A stretch of DNA of 55,544 nt from Candidatus Yanofskybacteria bacterium (GCA_023245235.1 JAHFKT010000003.1:1-55544); one strand, 5' to 3'. Counted from the first letter of the stretch, positions 1 to 9,614 are shown. Notes: generated by a model not told the origin, from the letters alone. Program-made: numbers and translations.

Positions 1-1
1 T

Positions 2-535
2 CAACGAGTTTTAACGCCCCAGATCGCCCGCCTCATGGACAATGTCCTATCAGACAATACAGCCCGCGCCGCCGAGTTCGGTTATAACAGTCCTCTCTAT
101 ATTCCGGGCCACGAGGTCGCAGCAAAAACCGGCACGACGCAGGATAACCGGGACGCTTGGGTGGTCGGTTTTACGCCGGATGTTGCGACTGTCGTCTGGA
201 CCGGCAATAACGATAATGCCTCAATGACCCGGCAGGGCGCCGGCATAAGCGCCTCCGGACCGATGTGGAACGAGTTCATGGTCAAAGCATTGCAGACGCT
301 TCCGAACGACCCGTTCCCCAAACCAAACCCGGTCAGCTCCTCAAAGATCATGCTTGATGGAAATTACGTCTACCGGGCAAGTGACAGTTTCTCCGGCCAA
401 GTCCATGACATCCTGTACTACGTCAACCGGGACGACCCGACCGGAGAATTCCCGCAGGACCCGTCCCAGGATCCCCAGTTTATGAACTGGGATTGGTCCG
501 TACAAAATCTATTCATAGGCTACTCGGCCCAGTGA
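2..535 (+). CDS. Penicillin-binding protein (transpeptidase C-terminus), 5'-truncated by window edge
   Basis: KTG motif in AAKTGTTQDNRDAWVVGFTP typical of class A PBPs; frame stays open to the window start. Confidence 0.9.
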   Translation, partial: QRVLTPQIARLMDNVLSDNTARAAEFGYNSPLYIPGHEVAAKTGTTQDNRDAWVVGFTPDVATVVWTGNNDNASMTRQGAGISASGPMWNEFMVKALQTLPNDPFPKPNPVSSSKIMLDGNYVYRASDSFSGQVHDILYYVNRDDPTGEFPQDPSQDPQFMNWDWSVQNLFIGYSAQ

Positions 536-817
536 TCACCGGATGATCACCTTCTCATAGACGACCTCATGCTTTCTTAGAAAGTCATACAGCGCCCTGC
601 TTTGAAAGATAATTTCATTAGCTACTGTTTTACTCTGCGTCTTAATGAACAGATTCTTGTGGTCAAGGCTCACCTCAATATCAACCCGGGAACCCGCGGG
701 ACCGAGTACACTGATTAAAAATTCCCGCATTACGCGGTTGAGTATTTTTTGTTGATCTGTATTTTTTTGAAGAGATTCCTTACGTTTCGTAAGACTTCCC
801 TGGATACCGCGGAACAT
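536..817 (-). CDS. Small protein, probable DciA/DUF721-like helicase loader
   Basis: 93 aa, overlaps dnaN stop; LFIKTQSKTVANEI resembles the DUF721 strand-helix pattern. Confidence 0.5.
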   Translation of the reverse strand: MFRGIQGSLTKRKESLQKNTDQQKILNRVMREFLISVLGPAGSRVDIEVSLDHKNLFIKTQSKTVANEIIFQSRALYDFLRKHEVVYEKVIIR

Positions 818-1905
818 CAGCTTCTGAGAGGCATAATAAGATATACCGTCTTATGATCATTACTCGGACGAATTACCAGGGGGCTCCCGGCGCCTGTGAA
901 TTCAATTATCACATCATCAGTAGGCATGTTCTTCAGTCCGTCAAGAAGATAGTGATAGTTAAGAGATACCTCGAAAGGGTCATTTTTTAATACCGCCGGA
1001 ACCACGGTCTCTATCTCGCCTTTATCGGAATTTTTAGCTACGATCTTCAGATTCTGCTCTCCGCACATCAGTTTGATATCAGAGATATGGGAGGAAAATA
1101 AGCCGGCCAGTCTGATGTTTTTTTCGAGTTCTTCTTTTTTGATAAGAGCCCTGGAAAGAAATTTGTCCGGAATGACCTTTTTATAGTCCGGGAATGTGCC
1201 GTCGACCACCCGGGAAACCAGCTCAAAGTCATCATTCGAGAACGATACCTGATTGTCCGAGTATTTTATCTGAAGTTCTCCGCTCAGATCTCCTGAGATT
1301 CGGATCAATTCGGTGATAGTGTTCCGCGGTAAGATCAGAGAAACCGATTCTGAGTTCTTGAACGGAACTACTGTTTCCGTGAGCCGGAATATATCGGTCG
1401 AGGCTAGAGTCGCCTGATTATTTTTAATCTGAACAAATACTCCGGCTAACTCGGGTCTGGTTTCTGAAACAGCGACGGAATCAAGTACTGTGAGAAGTCC
1501 CTTCTTTAAGTTCTTTGCGGGGATTGTAGCAATTACCGGAGTTTTTATCTTAGGGATGATCGGGAAATCTTTCGGGTCAAACCCCAGTATTTGAGTCTTG
1601 TAATGCTCTGAGTTGATAGTGAGGGTATTGTTTTTGGTGGTGAGGGTTATCTTTTCGTCAGTAATGTTTGATATAAAGTCTGAAAAAATACGAGCCGGAA
1701 CTGCGACTTCCCCGACCTCATCTATTTTTACGCCGATCAGCGCAGTGATTCCGACCTCAAGATTTGTAGCGGATAATTTAAGCCTCCCATTCTCTGTTTT
1801 CAGGAGGATATTATTCAAGATCGGAAGCGCGGTATTCCTCGCAACTACCTTCTCGGTGAGATTTATCGCCTGCTTTAGATTTTTTTGGTTGATAGTTATT
1901 TTCAT
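817..1905 (-). CDS. dnaN: DNA polymerase III beta clamp
   Basis: LPILNNILL, ATNLE, SETRPELAGV, GTFPDY, YLIMP motifs; directly downstream of dnaA. Confidence 0.98.
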   Translation of the reverse strand: MKITINQKNLKQAINLTEKVVARNTALPILNNILLKTENGRLKLSATNLEVGITALIGVKIDEVGEVAVPARIFSDFISNITDEKITLTTKNNTLTINSEHYKTQILGFDPKDFPIIPKIKTPVIATIPAKNLKKGLLTVLDSVAVSETRPELAGVFVQIKNNQATLASTDIFRLTETVVPFKNSESVSLILPRNTITELIRISGDLSGELQIKYSDNQVSFSNDDFELVSRVVDGTFPDYKKVIPDKFLSRALIKKEELEKNIRLAGLFSSHISDIKLMCGEQNLKIVAKNSDKGEIETVVPAVLKNDPFEVSLNYHYLLDGLKNMPTDDVIIEFTGAGSPLVIRPSNDHKTVYLIMPLRS

Positions 1906-2118
1906 AATTAGTAATAGATAATCAAGTTATCTTTATTATTATCGCTGTGTGTATGTGGAGATAATTCTTTAAGGTTCCCATAATCGGGCTTTTTCTTTGA
2001 TAAACTGCGGGCCCGCTGCCGGGAGGCTTCTGTGAATAAGTCTCCTGGAAACACATCGGTAGCCCGGCACAACTCACCCCCGCGGACAACTTTCATTTTA
2101 TTATCCACATAAAAACCC
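1906..2118. other. Probable oriC segment (dnaA-dnaN intergenic)
   Basis: Perfect DnaA box TTATCCACA 2101-2109, TGTGAATAA 2031-2039, AT-rich tract about 1906-1943 next to dnaN. Confidence 0.75.
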
Positions 2119-3489
2119 CTACTTATCAAAAGAATTGTAAACACGCTCTTTTATCAAAACCAACTCCTGTTTCAGGGGTTCATTGACCGCGGACTCGGCT
2201 TTAATCTTCTCGCAGGCGTGGATCACGGTCGAGTGATCCCGGCCGCCGAGTTTCTGACCGATCTCAGGGAACGAAAGCTTTGTTTCATCCCGGAGAAGGA
2301 ACATGGCTATTTGCCGGGGTCTGACGATCTCTTTCTTTCTGCTGCGCTTGATAAGATCAGCCGCAGAAATGTTGTAAAAGTCGGCCACTGCCTTAAGGAT
2401 CGACTGCGGTGAGGTCTTTCGATACGGCGCGTTCAGGTACGTGTTGAGAATGTTTTTTACTTCTTTGACGTCGGGGACCTTGTTGTAGATCTGACTGAAC
2501 GCGACGACCCTGTTCAGCGCCCCTTCAAGCTCCCGGACATTCTTCTGGATATGAGTTGCTATGTATACCAGGACATCATCACCGAGCTCGGCGTTCTTGC
2601 CCGCCAGTTTTTGCTTCAGGATAGCCAGCCGGGTTTCGAAGTCGGGTGGTTTAATGTCGGCGATCATACCGCCCTCGAACCGGGAGCGGAGCCGCTCCTC
2701 AAGCGCGGGGATAGCTCCCGGAGGCCTGTCGGATGAAAGAATGATCTGCTTGTTCTTGCCGTATAGTTCATTGAAGGTTGAGAAGATAATATCCTGGGTT
2801 TTTTCTTTCCCGGCGATAAATTGAATATCGTCGATGATCAAAAGGTCCAGCCGGGCATATTGGTTTTTAAGGTCCTCTATTGTTCTGTTGCGGATCGCTT
2901 CAACAATATTAGCAGTGAACCGCTCTGCTGGGACGTAGAGCACCTTGCGTTCTTTATTCTCGGAAACCTTATTACCCACCGCCTGAAGCAGATGAGTTTT
3001 CCCTAAACCCACGCCCCCGAAAAGAAAGAGCGGGTTGTAGAGTTTCCCGATATTTTTTGTCACCGCCAGACATGCCGCATTCGCCAGTTCGTTATCAGAG
3101 CCGACAACATAGGAGTCGAACGAGTATCTCTTGTTAAGGTTGGTGAGCTTATCGATATCGAGGTCTACCGGAATCTCGGTCTTCTCTTCAAGCTCTCTGT
3201 CCAGGATGATCTTAGACAGGTCCTGTTTAGCGAACTCAAGCTTGGGTCTCCCTATTGAGTACTTGATCTCCCGTATCTCGGGGGAGAGATTGTGGATTGA
3301 CTGGAGTATCTTCTTGTTGAATTTGTTTTCGAGCCACTCTTTTATAAACCCGTTCGGTACGCTGACCACGATGTAGCCCTTATCCCGTGCGACAACGGAG
3401 GTGTTTTTAAACCAGGTGATGAAATTTGCCCGCGAAAGCGTCAGCTCCATCTCACCAAGCACTGCCTTCCATAATTCTTCATTGGTCAT
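2119..3489 (-). CDS. dnaA: Chromosomal replication initiator
   Basis: YNPLFLFGGVGLGKTHL Walker A, LLIIDDIQF, RSRFEGG, GGRDHSTVIHA domain IV. Confidence 0.99.
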   Translation of the reverse strand: MTNEELWKAVLGEMELTLSRANFITWFKNTSVVARDKGYIVVSVPNGFIKEWLENKFNKKILQSIHNLSPEIREIKYSIGRPKLEFAKQDLSKIILDRELEEKTEIPVDLDIDKLTNLNKRYSFDSYVVGSDNELANAACLAVTKNIGKLYNPLFLFGGVGLGKTHLLQAVGNKVSENKERKVLYVPAERFTANIVEAIRNRTIEDLKNQYARLDLLIIDDIQFIAGKEKTQDIIFSTFNELYGKNKQIILSSDRPPGAIPALEERLRSRFEGGMIADIKPPDFETRLAILKQKLAGKNAELGDDVLVYIATHIQKNVRELEGALNRVVAFSQIYNKVPDVKEVKNILNTYLNAPYRKTSPQSILKAVADFYNISAADLIKRSRKKEIVRPRQIAMFLLRDETKLSFPEIGQKLGGRDHSTVIHACEKIKAESAVNEPLKQELVLIKERVYNSFDK

Positions 3490-3516
3490 AGGTGTTCGGT
3501 TCGTTTAGCTGGCTCC

Positions 3517-3572
3517 ATTATACTGAATCGTAGATCTGATCGGCCGGAATTCAGTTGATATGCTGTTCATAA
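3517..3572 (-). promoter_or_regulatory. dnaA promoter -10 with upstream DnaA-box-like sites
   Basis: TATAAT on minus strand at 3517-3522; TTATGAACA (minus) at 3564-3572 and a weaker box at 3553-3561. Confidence 0.5.
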
Positions 3573-3724
3573 CTCATCGTAACTTTTTCAGAATCACGCC
3601 TGATACAACTTATATAACAAGCCGAGGGAAATAGTAAATATTGACCCCGGCCCCGAAGTGTTTTCTGATGATGAAAAACCGGCCCGAATATTCCAAGCAG
3701 GCCCGGGGTCAGCAAAAAGAAGCA

Positions 3725-3753
3725 TTGACCAAAACAAAAAGAAACGATATATT
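3725..3753 (+). promoter_or_regulatory. Sigma70-type promoter of the rpmH operon
   Basis: TTGACC-17 nt-TATATT. Confidence 0.65.
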
Positions 3754-3785
3754 GGCTCTATACCAACCCCGTAACGCCACTCACC

Positions 3786-3932
3786 ATGAGGAGAATATTA
3801 GCCGCAACGTGGAGACCCAAAAAGAAGAAAAGAAAGCGCAAGCACGGCTTTCTTTCCCGTATGAGCTCGAAGACCGGCCGGGACGTGTTAGCTCGGCGCA
3901 GACAGAAGGGTCGCAAAAGAACTACCGTCTAG
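3786..3932 (+). CDS. rpmH: 50S ribosomal protein L34 (absent from ORF track)
   Basis: Translates [49 protein letters not shown]34 signature and canonical position before rnpA. Confidence 0.95.
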   Translation: MRRILAATWRPKKKKRKRKHGFLSRMSSKTGRDVLARRRQKGRKRTTV

Positions 3933-3942
3933 CAGTTCTGCC

Positions 3943-4278
3943 GTGGCACTTCCTAAAAACAACCGGCTAAAGAAGAAGCGCGACTTTGAGGCGGTTTTCA
4001 AGACGGGCAAGGCCGTAAATGGCACTTTTTTATTCGCTAAATTTAAAAAATCACCGTCGAATGTCTCGCGGTTCGGATTTGTCGTCAGCTCTAAGGTCGC
4101 CAAAAAAGCCGTTGTACGGAACAGGATAAGGAGAGCCCTCACCGCGACAGTTCAGTCCGGTCTCTTGCCTAGGCGTCAGGCATACGATACGGTGGTGGTG
4201 GTCACCAGAAAAGCCGACAGCCCGGATCTGCTTCGCAAGGATCTTGCCGAGGTCATAAAACGGTCGGGAATATTATGA
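3943..4278 (+). CDS. rnpA: Ribonuclease P protein component
   Basis: RLKKKRDF, RFGFVVSSKV, AVVRNRIRR (RNR motif). Confidence 0.96.
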   Translation: MALPKNNRLKKKRDFEAVFKTGKAVNGTFLFAKFKKSPSNVSRFGFVVSSKVAKKAVVRNRIRRALTATVQSGLLPRRQAYDTVVVVTRKADSPDLLRKDLAEVIKRSGIL

Positions 4279-4502
4279 ACACTACACTCTTCCTAATACG
4301 GATATATCAAAAGTTCTCTAACTGGCTCAGGCAGGCCCAGGTTCCCGTAGCCGCCTACTCGACATGCAAATTTTACCCGCCCTGTTCAGAATATGCCGAA
4401 CTCGCGATCAAGCGGCACGGGTTGGCAAAAGGCATGAGGAAATCAATCGTCCGCGTTTGGCGTTGTAATCCGCTTTCTTCCGGAGGCGTCGACTATCCAT
4501 AA
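4275..4502 (+). CDS. yidD: Membrane protein insertion efficiency factor
   Basis: CKFYPPCSEY...RCNP..GGVD motifs; position between rnpA and yidC. Confidence 0.93.
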   Translation: MNTTLFLIRIYQKFSNWLRQAQVPVAAYSTCKFYPPCSEYAELAIKRHGLAKGMRKSIVRVWRCNPLSSGGVDYP

Positions 4503-5197
4503 TGGCAAATCTGTTCAATACAATTCTGTATACCCCGCTGTTTAACCTGCTCATTTTTCTGTATGACGTGATTCCCGGGCATGATTTCGGCATTGCGATC
4601 ATCGCCCTCACGGTATTAATCCGTGTCGCCTTCTCTCCCCTTTCGCTCAAAGCTCAGCGATCACAAAAAGCGCTCAACGCCCTTAATCCGAAGATCAAGG
4701 ACATAAAAGAGAAGTTTAAAAATGATCAGACGGCTCAAGGGGCGGAGATCATGAAGTTGTATAAAGAGCACGGAGTTAACCCGATAGCCGGATGTCTGCC
4801 GTTGCTGATCCAACTTCCGATCCTCATCGCTCTGTACCGGGCATTTATTGCCGGCCTGAATCCTCAGAGTCTGGCGATGATATATCCGTTCATCCACAAC
4901 CCGGTATCGATAAGCCCGACATTCATCGGCCTCATTACCATCACCGCGCATAACCGGTATTTAGCCGTTGTGGCGGGCCTTCTCCAGTTCTTCCAGGCCC
5001 GCCAGAGCATGAACTATATGCGTTTGGGCGGCCCTCCGGCCCCCGAAATGGCGGCCCTGAATAATCAGATGCTTTACTTCTTTCCGGTATTTATCGTGAT
5101 CATCGGTTGGAATTTGCCGGCCGGTCTGATACTATACTGGATAACGACAACCTTATTTTCTATTGTCGAACAGCTTTATCTCCGCCGAACATCATGA
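4502..5197 (+). CDS. yidC: Membrane protein insertase YidC/Oxa1 (short form)
   Basis: FGIAIIALTVLIR, GCLPLLIQLPI, PAGLILYW. Confidence 0.95.
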   Translation: MANLFNTILYTPLFNLLIFLYDVIPGHDFGIAIIALTVLIRVAFSPLSLKAQRSQKALNALNPKIKDIKEKFKNDQTAQGAEIMKLYKEHGVNPIAGCLPLLIQLPILIALYRAFIAGLNPQSLAMIYPFIHNPVSISPTFIGLITITAHNRYLAVVAGLLQFFQARQSMNYMRLGGPPAPEMAALNNQMLYFFPVFIVIIGWNLPAGLILYWITTTLFSIVEQLYLRRTS

Positions 5198-5676
5198 GCA
5201 TCACATCTGACCAAAAAATCGCCATCGCAGGCGCTATACAGAAGATCGTCCGGGCCATGAACCTTGATTGCCAGGTTGAGATGCGGGAAGATCTGAAAGA
5301 AGGCAAGAATGTCGTGGAGGCCTCCTTGAGCACTCCCGACCAGGCCCGCTTTCTTATCGGCAAAAACGGCCAGAATCTTCAAGCACTCGAGCATGTGCTC
5401 CGGGCGATGTTCCTGAGAGACTCAAGTGCCAGCGGGTACATGATCGCGGTAGACGTCAATGACTACAAGAAATCACGGGCTCTTCACGTCATCGAGCTAG
5501 CCCATCAGGCGGTAGCAAGAGTCCGCAGCACCCGAAAAGCCGAGGCTCTCGCACCGATGTCGGCGTATGAACGCCGGGTTGTTCATACAGAGCTGGCCTC
5601 GATGCCTGACATCGTGACAGAAAGCATCGGCCAGGAACCTCAACGAAGGATTATCGTCAAACCGCATAATCCATAA
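5194..5676 (+). CDS. jag: Jag/EloR-like KH + R3H RNA-binding protein
   Basis: LIGKNGQNLQALE (KH), PMSAYERRVVH (R3H); ATG at 5194 overlaps yidC stop (ATGA). Confidence 0.88.
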   Translation: MSITSDQKIAIAGAIQKIVRAMNLDCQVEMREDLKEGKNVVEASLSTPDQARFLIGKNGQNLQALEHVLRAMFLRDSSASGYMIAVDVNDYKKSRALHVIELAHQAVARVRSTRKAEALAPMSAYERRVVHTELASMPDIVTESIGQEPQRRIIVKPHNP

Positions 5677-5680
5677 CCCA

Positions 5681-5718
5681 TAACAAAAACGTCCACCGTG
5701 GGGTGGACGTTTTTGTTA
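5681..5718. terminator. Bidirectional intrinsic terminator
   Basis: TAACAAAAACGTCCACC-loop-GGTGGACGTTTTTGTTA between convergent genes. Confidence 0.85.
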
Positions 5719-6789
5719 TTGAGAGAGCGGAGCCGCCCAGATGCTATGGTCGGCCCGATTGGTCAGTACAAGGAAATCCTGCAGATGCGAGATAAAGACA
5801 TCGTCCGGACTGAACACGAGATCCGCGGCCAGTGTCTTTAAAGACAGATCCGACACCAGGACGCGGACGATTGAGGAGCTGGCGTTTTCTTCGGCCACGC
5901 AGACAAAGGAACGGCCATCCAGATGCCACGAACAGTGATCTGCCGTAGCCATAACCCCGACGGCCTGGTCCGTTCCGGATATCATATCGTGGATCCTAAG
6001 ACCCGGCCGATCGTCGACCGTGCTCGAGTAAAGTAATTCCGTTGCATCCGGCGACCAGCGTATCTTAAGATCGGGCATGCTGTCCAGGATTTTAACCAGG
6101 GCTCCGTCCGTACCCAGGGTATAAAGAGTCGAGGCCGTACTCGAAACGCCAGCCATGAGCGACAGCAGTTCATCCGATTGCCAGGATAGAGAAAGGTCTC
6201 TGAGGCGGGTCTTTAAAATTGTCCGAGGATCGCTACCGTCCGGCCGGGCGACAATAATGTCAGTCTCATCGCCGGATATCTTTGCCAGTGCGACGGAAGA
6301 ACTGTCCGGAGAGAATGCCGCCGCGGCGATATCACTGCCCAGCTCCGCGGTTTTATGGGTTTCATAATCAAAGTATTTATATAGCGTACCGCTGGCCGAA
6401 GAATAGAGTCCGAGCACTTTTTTGACATCGGGAGACCAGATGACTCCGATGAGATGAGGCAGTCCGACATCGGATACAAGTGTGCTTTTTTGGTCGGCTA
6501 TACTGATCCGCGAAACAAAGCCGGTCTCGCGATGGTAGTATAAGACGCCGTCGCTGGAGCCGTCGTTAGTGGCGGAAAGCGAATCGTCCGCGGAGATTTT
6601 AAAAAGGCCATCTGGCGCCGCGGAGCCTTCCGGGGGTTTTATGCCGGTGAAGCGGGAAAGCAGGGCTCCTTGCTGCTGGCCGGCGCCGCTCGTTTGTCCG
6701 GATGGATGAGTAAGCAAATATCCGGTAAGGAATGAACCCAGTGATGCGGTGATGACGATCAGGATAATTAGTTGTTTTCGGGTGTCCAT
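5716..6789 (-). CDS. Membrane-anchored beta-propeller (TolB/WD40-like) protein
   Basis: N-terminal hydrophobic helix; repeated WSPD/FSPD blade motifs. Confidence 0.7.
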   Translation of the reverse strand: MDTRKQLIILIVITASLGSFLTGYLLTHPSGQTSGAGQQQGALLSRFTGIKPPEGSAAPDGLFKISADDSLSATNDGSSDGVLYYHRETGFVSRISIADQKSTLVSDVGLPHLIGVIWSPDVKKVLGLYSSASGTLYKYFDYETHKTAELGSDIAAAAFSPDSSSVALAKISGDETDIIVARPDGSDPRTILKTRLRDLSLSWQSDELLSLMAGVSSTASTLYTLGTDGALVKILDSMPDLKIRWSPDATELLYSSTVDDRPGLRIHDMISGTDQAVGVMATADHCSWHLDGRSFVCVAEENASSSIVRVLVSDLSLKTLAADLVFSPDDVFISHLQDFLVLTNRADHSIWAAPLSQ

Positions 6790-6797
6790 CGGGATCT

Positions 6798-7211
6798 TTA
6801 TGACGATTCTGCGGTCTGGCCCTCTACTTTCTGTAACAGTTTACTCCGGGATTTTACGAACGTAAATACGAGCGCGACGATATCAATGGGGATGAGGTCA
6901 ATGACCGGGATGGCGTCGATGACCAGGGAGGAGTTCATAAAAAACTTTGCGCGCTTGAGGGATTTGGTATATGGCCGGAGCATGACAAACAATAGGATGC
7001 TTATCAGAACTCCGACGAACCAGCCGATAGTACCGGCGGTCAGCCACTCAACTCCGGTCTGGAGTAACATCAGAAAAAGAGAGATCAGGAATATCAGTAT
7101 GCCCATCCGCTTTTGTTGCGGAGGAGGAGATTCCTGACCGGCCTCAGTTTCCATCCGCTCAGCGGCCCGTTCGATCTCGAGTTCATTTTTAATCTCCAAT
7201 TCATCATCCAT
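6798..7211 (-). CDS. Hypothetical membrane protein in the T4SS-like operon
   Basis: 137 aa, acidic N-terminus, several hydrophobic segments, IDAIPVIDLIP motif; starts 1 nt after the ATPase stop. Confidence 0.7.
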   Translation of the reverse strand: MDDELEIKNELEIERAAERMETEAGQESPPPQQKRMGILIFLISLFLMLLQTGVEWLTAGTIGWFVGVLISILLFVMLRPYTKSLKRAKFFMNSSLVIDAIPVIDLIPIDIVALVFTFVKSRSKLLQKVEGQTAESS

Positions 7212-7212
7212 A

Positions 7213-8964
7213 TTATTGCTGCAATTTAGCCCACTCGTCTTTCGCCTTCTCTATCTCGACGATCTGGCGGGGATCGGAGGTGATGATCTGGTCCTCCGCA
7301 TATGACGCCACCACCCGGATACCGATATGGTTCTGTCCGAGGAAGAATAACCCGAATCCGACCCGGGCCTCCAGGAGGTAGAATTTCTCGGCATCCGTCA
7401 GGTTGAACGTCTGCTGGACGATATCGATCGCAGCCGGAGATTGCTTCATCAGGATCTGGATCGAAGAGTTGGTGAGGATGGTTTTACCCTGAGGACTTGC
7501 CAGAAAGTCCGGAATGTCCTGGGAGATCGTTGTCAGGCCGGCGTAGTATTTACGGGCCCGCTTGGCGATATTGGAAAGGAAGTTAGCGCCGACCTCATAT
7601 TTCATGAGCCACCAGGCCTCGTCAACGATGAGAACCCGCTTCTTGAGCGTGCGCCTGATCGTGACCCAGATAAAATTCAAGATCAGATACATGGCTATCG
7701 GACGCAACTCTTCCTCCATGTCCCGGATACTGAATACGATCATCTGATTATTCAGCGGCACATTGGTCGGCTTATTCAGAAATCCTGAGAATGTCCCCTG
7801 GGTGTATTTTTTCAGCCGGATGGCCATTGATTCCGCACCGGTGAGGCCCTCGAGGATATTTTGGAGGTCAGACAGGACCGGAGGCGGTAACTTGGTGAAA
7901 TCAGTATCGGGCGTGATATCTTTTATCGCGTAGGTCTGGATGAGAGCCTCGTCAAGAACGGCCCCTTCCTCGGGTGTCAGGTTGCCAAGGATCAGTTTTA
8001 ACAGCCCGGTCAGGTCGAGGATGTGGGACTTGAATACATCGGCCGACGACTCCCCTTCTTTCGGGATCGGCAGGTCGAACGGGTTGATGTGCTGATCAGA
8101 GTTGATGGAGATCTTAACGGTTGATCCTCCGACAGTATCGGAGAGATATTTGTACTCATCTTCGGGGTCGATGATCAGAACTTGGGTCCCGAAGATAAGA
8201 CTGCGGAGTATCTCAAGCTTTACGGTATAACTCTTACCGCCGCCGGACTTGCCGAATACAACTGCGTTCGCATTTTCCAGATTGAACCGGTCAAACAATA
8301 CCAATGAATTATTATGCGTATTGATGCCGTATAAGATACCCGAGTTCGAGGTCAGGTCGAACGAGATGAACGGGAACAATGAAGAGATCGGCTCGGTGTT
8401 GAGGGAGGTATGGATATTCAGCCGGTCATCGTCCATAGGGAGGGTCGAATTGAAACCGTCCATCATCCGGAAGGTCGCACTTTTGGCGAATATCAGCTGA
8501 TACTCCAGGAGGCCTTTTATCTTACCCTCGGTGTCGTCAAGTTCCTTCAGACTGTTCTCATAGAATGTGACATAAACGCCGAGCTCGAAGAATTTATCAG
8601 TTCCCTGCTGGAGCTTGTCCCGGAGCACCTCGATATCCTGGATCGCAGTCTCGATGACCGGGTCGCGCACCCTGCCCTTTGACGACTCTTCCATTGATTG
8701 GGCTTCCAGACGGGCCAGCTGGTCACGGAGCTGCTTTAATACGGTGGCGGTGTTCTTCGGGTGTACGAATATCGAGACATCGAACACACGGTCGAGGTTT
8801 ATGATCGGCGAGAACCAGTTGGTGTTCAGGTACCGCGGATAGGTCGCAAGAAATATCGTTCGGGCGTATTTAGGCCCGAGCTGAATAAAGTTGGACGATA
8901 CCGCCAGTGCAGACGGGGCAAGCAGTTCTTCGGCGTTCCGGGTTGTGGTCGTATCCTCGGGCAT
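7213..8964 (-). CDS. VirB4/TraC-like secretion ATPase
   Basis: Walker A GKSGGGKS, IIDPEDEY, INPFD, Walker B IVDEAW, RARKY..GL..ISQ. Confidence 0.9.
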   Translation of the reverse strand: MPEDTTTTRNAEELLAPSALAVSSNFIQLGPKYARTIFLATYPRYLNTNWFSPIINLDRVFDVSIFVHPKNTATVLKQLRDQLARLEAQSMEESSKGRVRDPVIETAIQDIEVLRDKLQQGTDKFFELGVYVTFYENSLKELDDTEGKIKGLLEYQLIFAKSATFRMMDGFNSTLPMDDDRLNIHTSLNTEPISSLFPFISFDLTSNSGILYGINTHNNSLVLFDRFNLENANAVVFGKSGGGKSYTVKLEILRSLIFGTQVLIIDPEDEYKYLSDTVGGSTVKISINSDQHINPFDLPIPKEGESSADVFKSHILDLTGLLKLILGNLTPEEGAVLDEALIQTYAIKDITPDTDFTKLPPPVLSDLQNILEGLTGAESMAIRLKKYTQGTFSGFLNKPTNVPLNNQMIVFSIRDMEEELRPIAMYLILNFIWVTIRRTLKKRVLIVDEAWWLMKYEVGANFLSNIAKRARKYYAGLTTISQDIPDFLASPQGKTILTNSSIQILMKQSPAAIDIVQQTFNLTDAEKFYLLEARVGFGLFFLGQNHIGIRVVASYAEDQIITSDPRQIVEIEKAKDEWAKLQQ

Positions 8965-8966
8965 GG

Positions 8967-9614
8967 TTATGGGCGTAATTCTCCGGAAGTCTGAAGCTTT
9001 GTGCTCTCTCCGGGGTTATATAAGTTGAAAAATAAGTTTACCAGCTCTTCCTGGCCGAGCAGGCGCGCCTTCAGGCCCAGACTGATCAGGCCGTCAAGGA
9101 CCAGGTCCGCCCGCTGCATGAGCTGGGTCCGGTATGTTTCTATCTCGGCCTGGTTTATCTTCCTTACCACCCCTGCCGGGCTTAAGACGCTTTTGAAGCT
9201 CTGCACAAGGCCGGTCTTCTCGGGTTTTTCGTATATATAGAATGGAAGCACAATATAGAATTTCTTAGACATTATATGGGACAGCTCGAGCAGTTCTTTG
9301 ATGAACTTAGCGTATTCGACGGCCTGGATCTTCATAAGCTCGCTCTCATTATTGACAGAGACGGTGTCCAGGAGCTTCAGGTATTCGTCCATGTTCAGCT
9401 GGCGGGAACTGACCACGATCTGGAGCGGGAAATCGATCGAGTTCAAAAAACGCTGGAAGTTCTGGAGAATGCCGACCTGCTCCGGCTCTGACCGCAGTTC
9501 AAAATTGATCGACGACACTTCGATCACGGCCCTCAGGGAGCCGTTCTTAAGGAGGACGACGGTATCCTGGATATCCGCCACCTCGACCAGGTCTTTTGTG
9601 GATACGTTTGCCAT
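8967..9614 (-). CDS. VirB4 N-terminal-like / T4SS-associated protein
   Basis: VSSINFELRSEPEQ..ILQNFQRFLNSIDFPLQI pattern; lies between PrgI-like gene and ATPase. Confidence 0.65.
   Translation of the reverse strand: MANVSTKDLVEVADIQDTVVLLKNGSLRAVIEVSSINFELRSEPEQVGILQNFQRFLNSIDFPLQIVVSSRQLNMDEYLKLLDTVSVNNESELMKIQAVEYAKFIKELLELSHIMSKKFYIVLPFYIYEKPEKTGLVQSFKSVLSPAGVVRKINQAEIETYRTQLMQRADLVLDGLISLGLKARLLGQEELVNLFFNLYNPGESTKLQTSGELRP

Noticed and set aside
3665..3676. CTGATGA-T-GAAA resembling a hammerhead ribozyme core
   Set aside because: No stem II and no stem I/III arrangement with a cleavage triplet
3641..3970. 109-aa ORF upstream of rnpA
   Set aside because: Overlaps the real rpmH in another frame and spans its promoter
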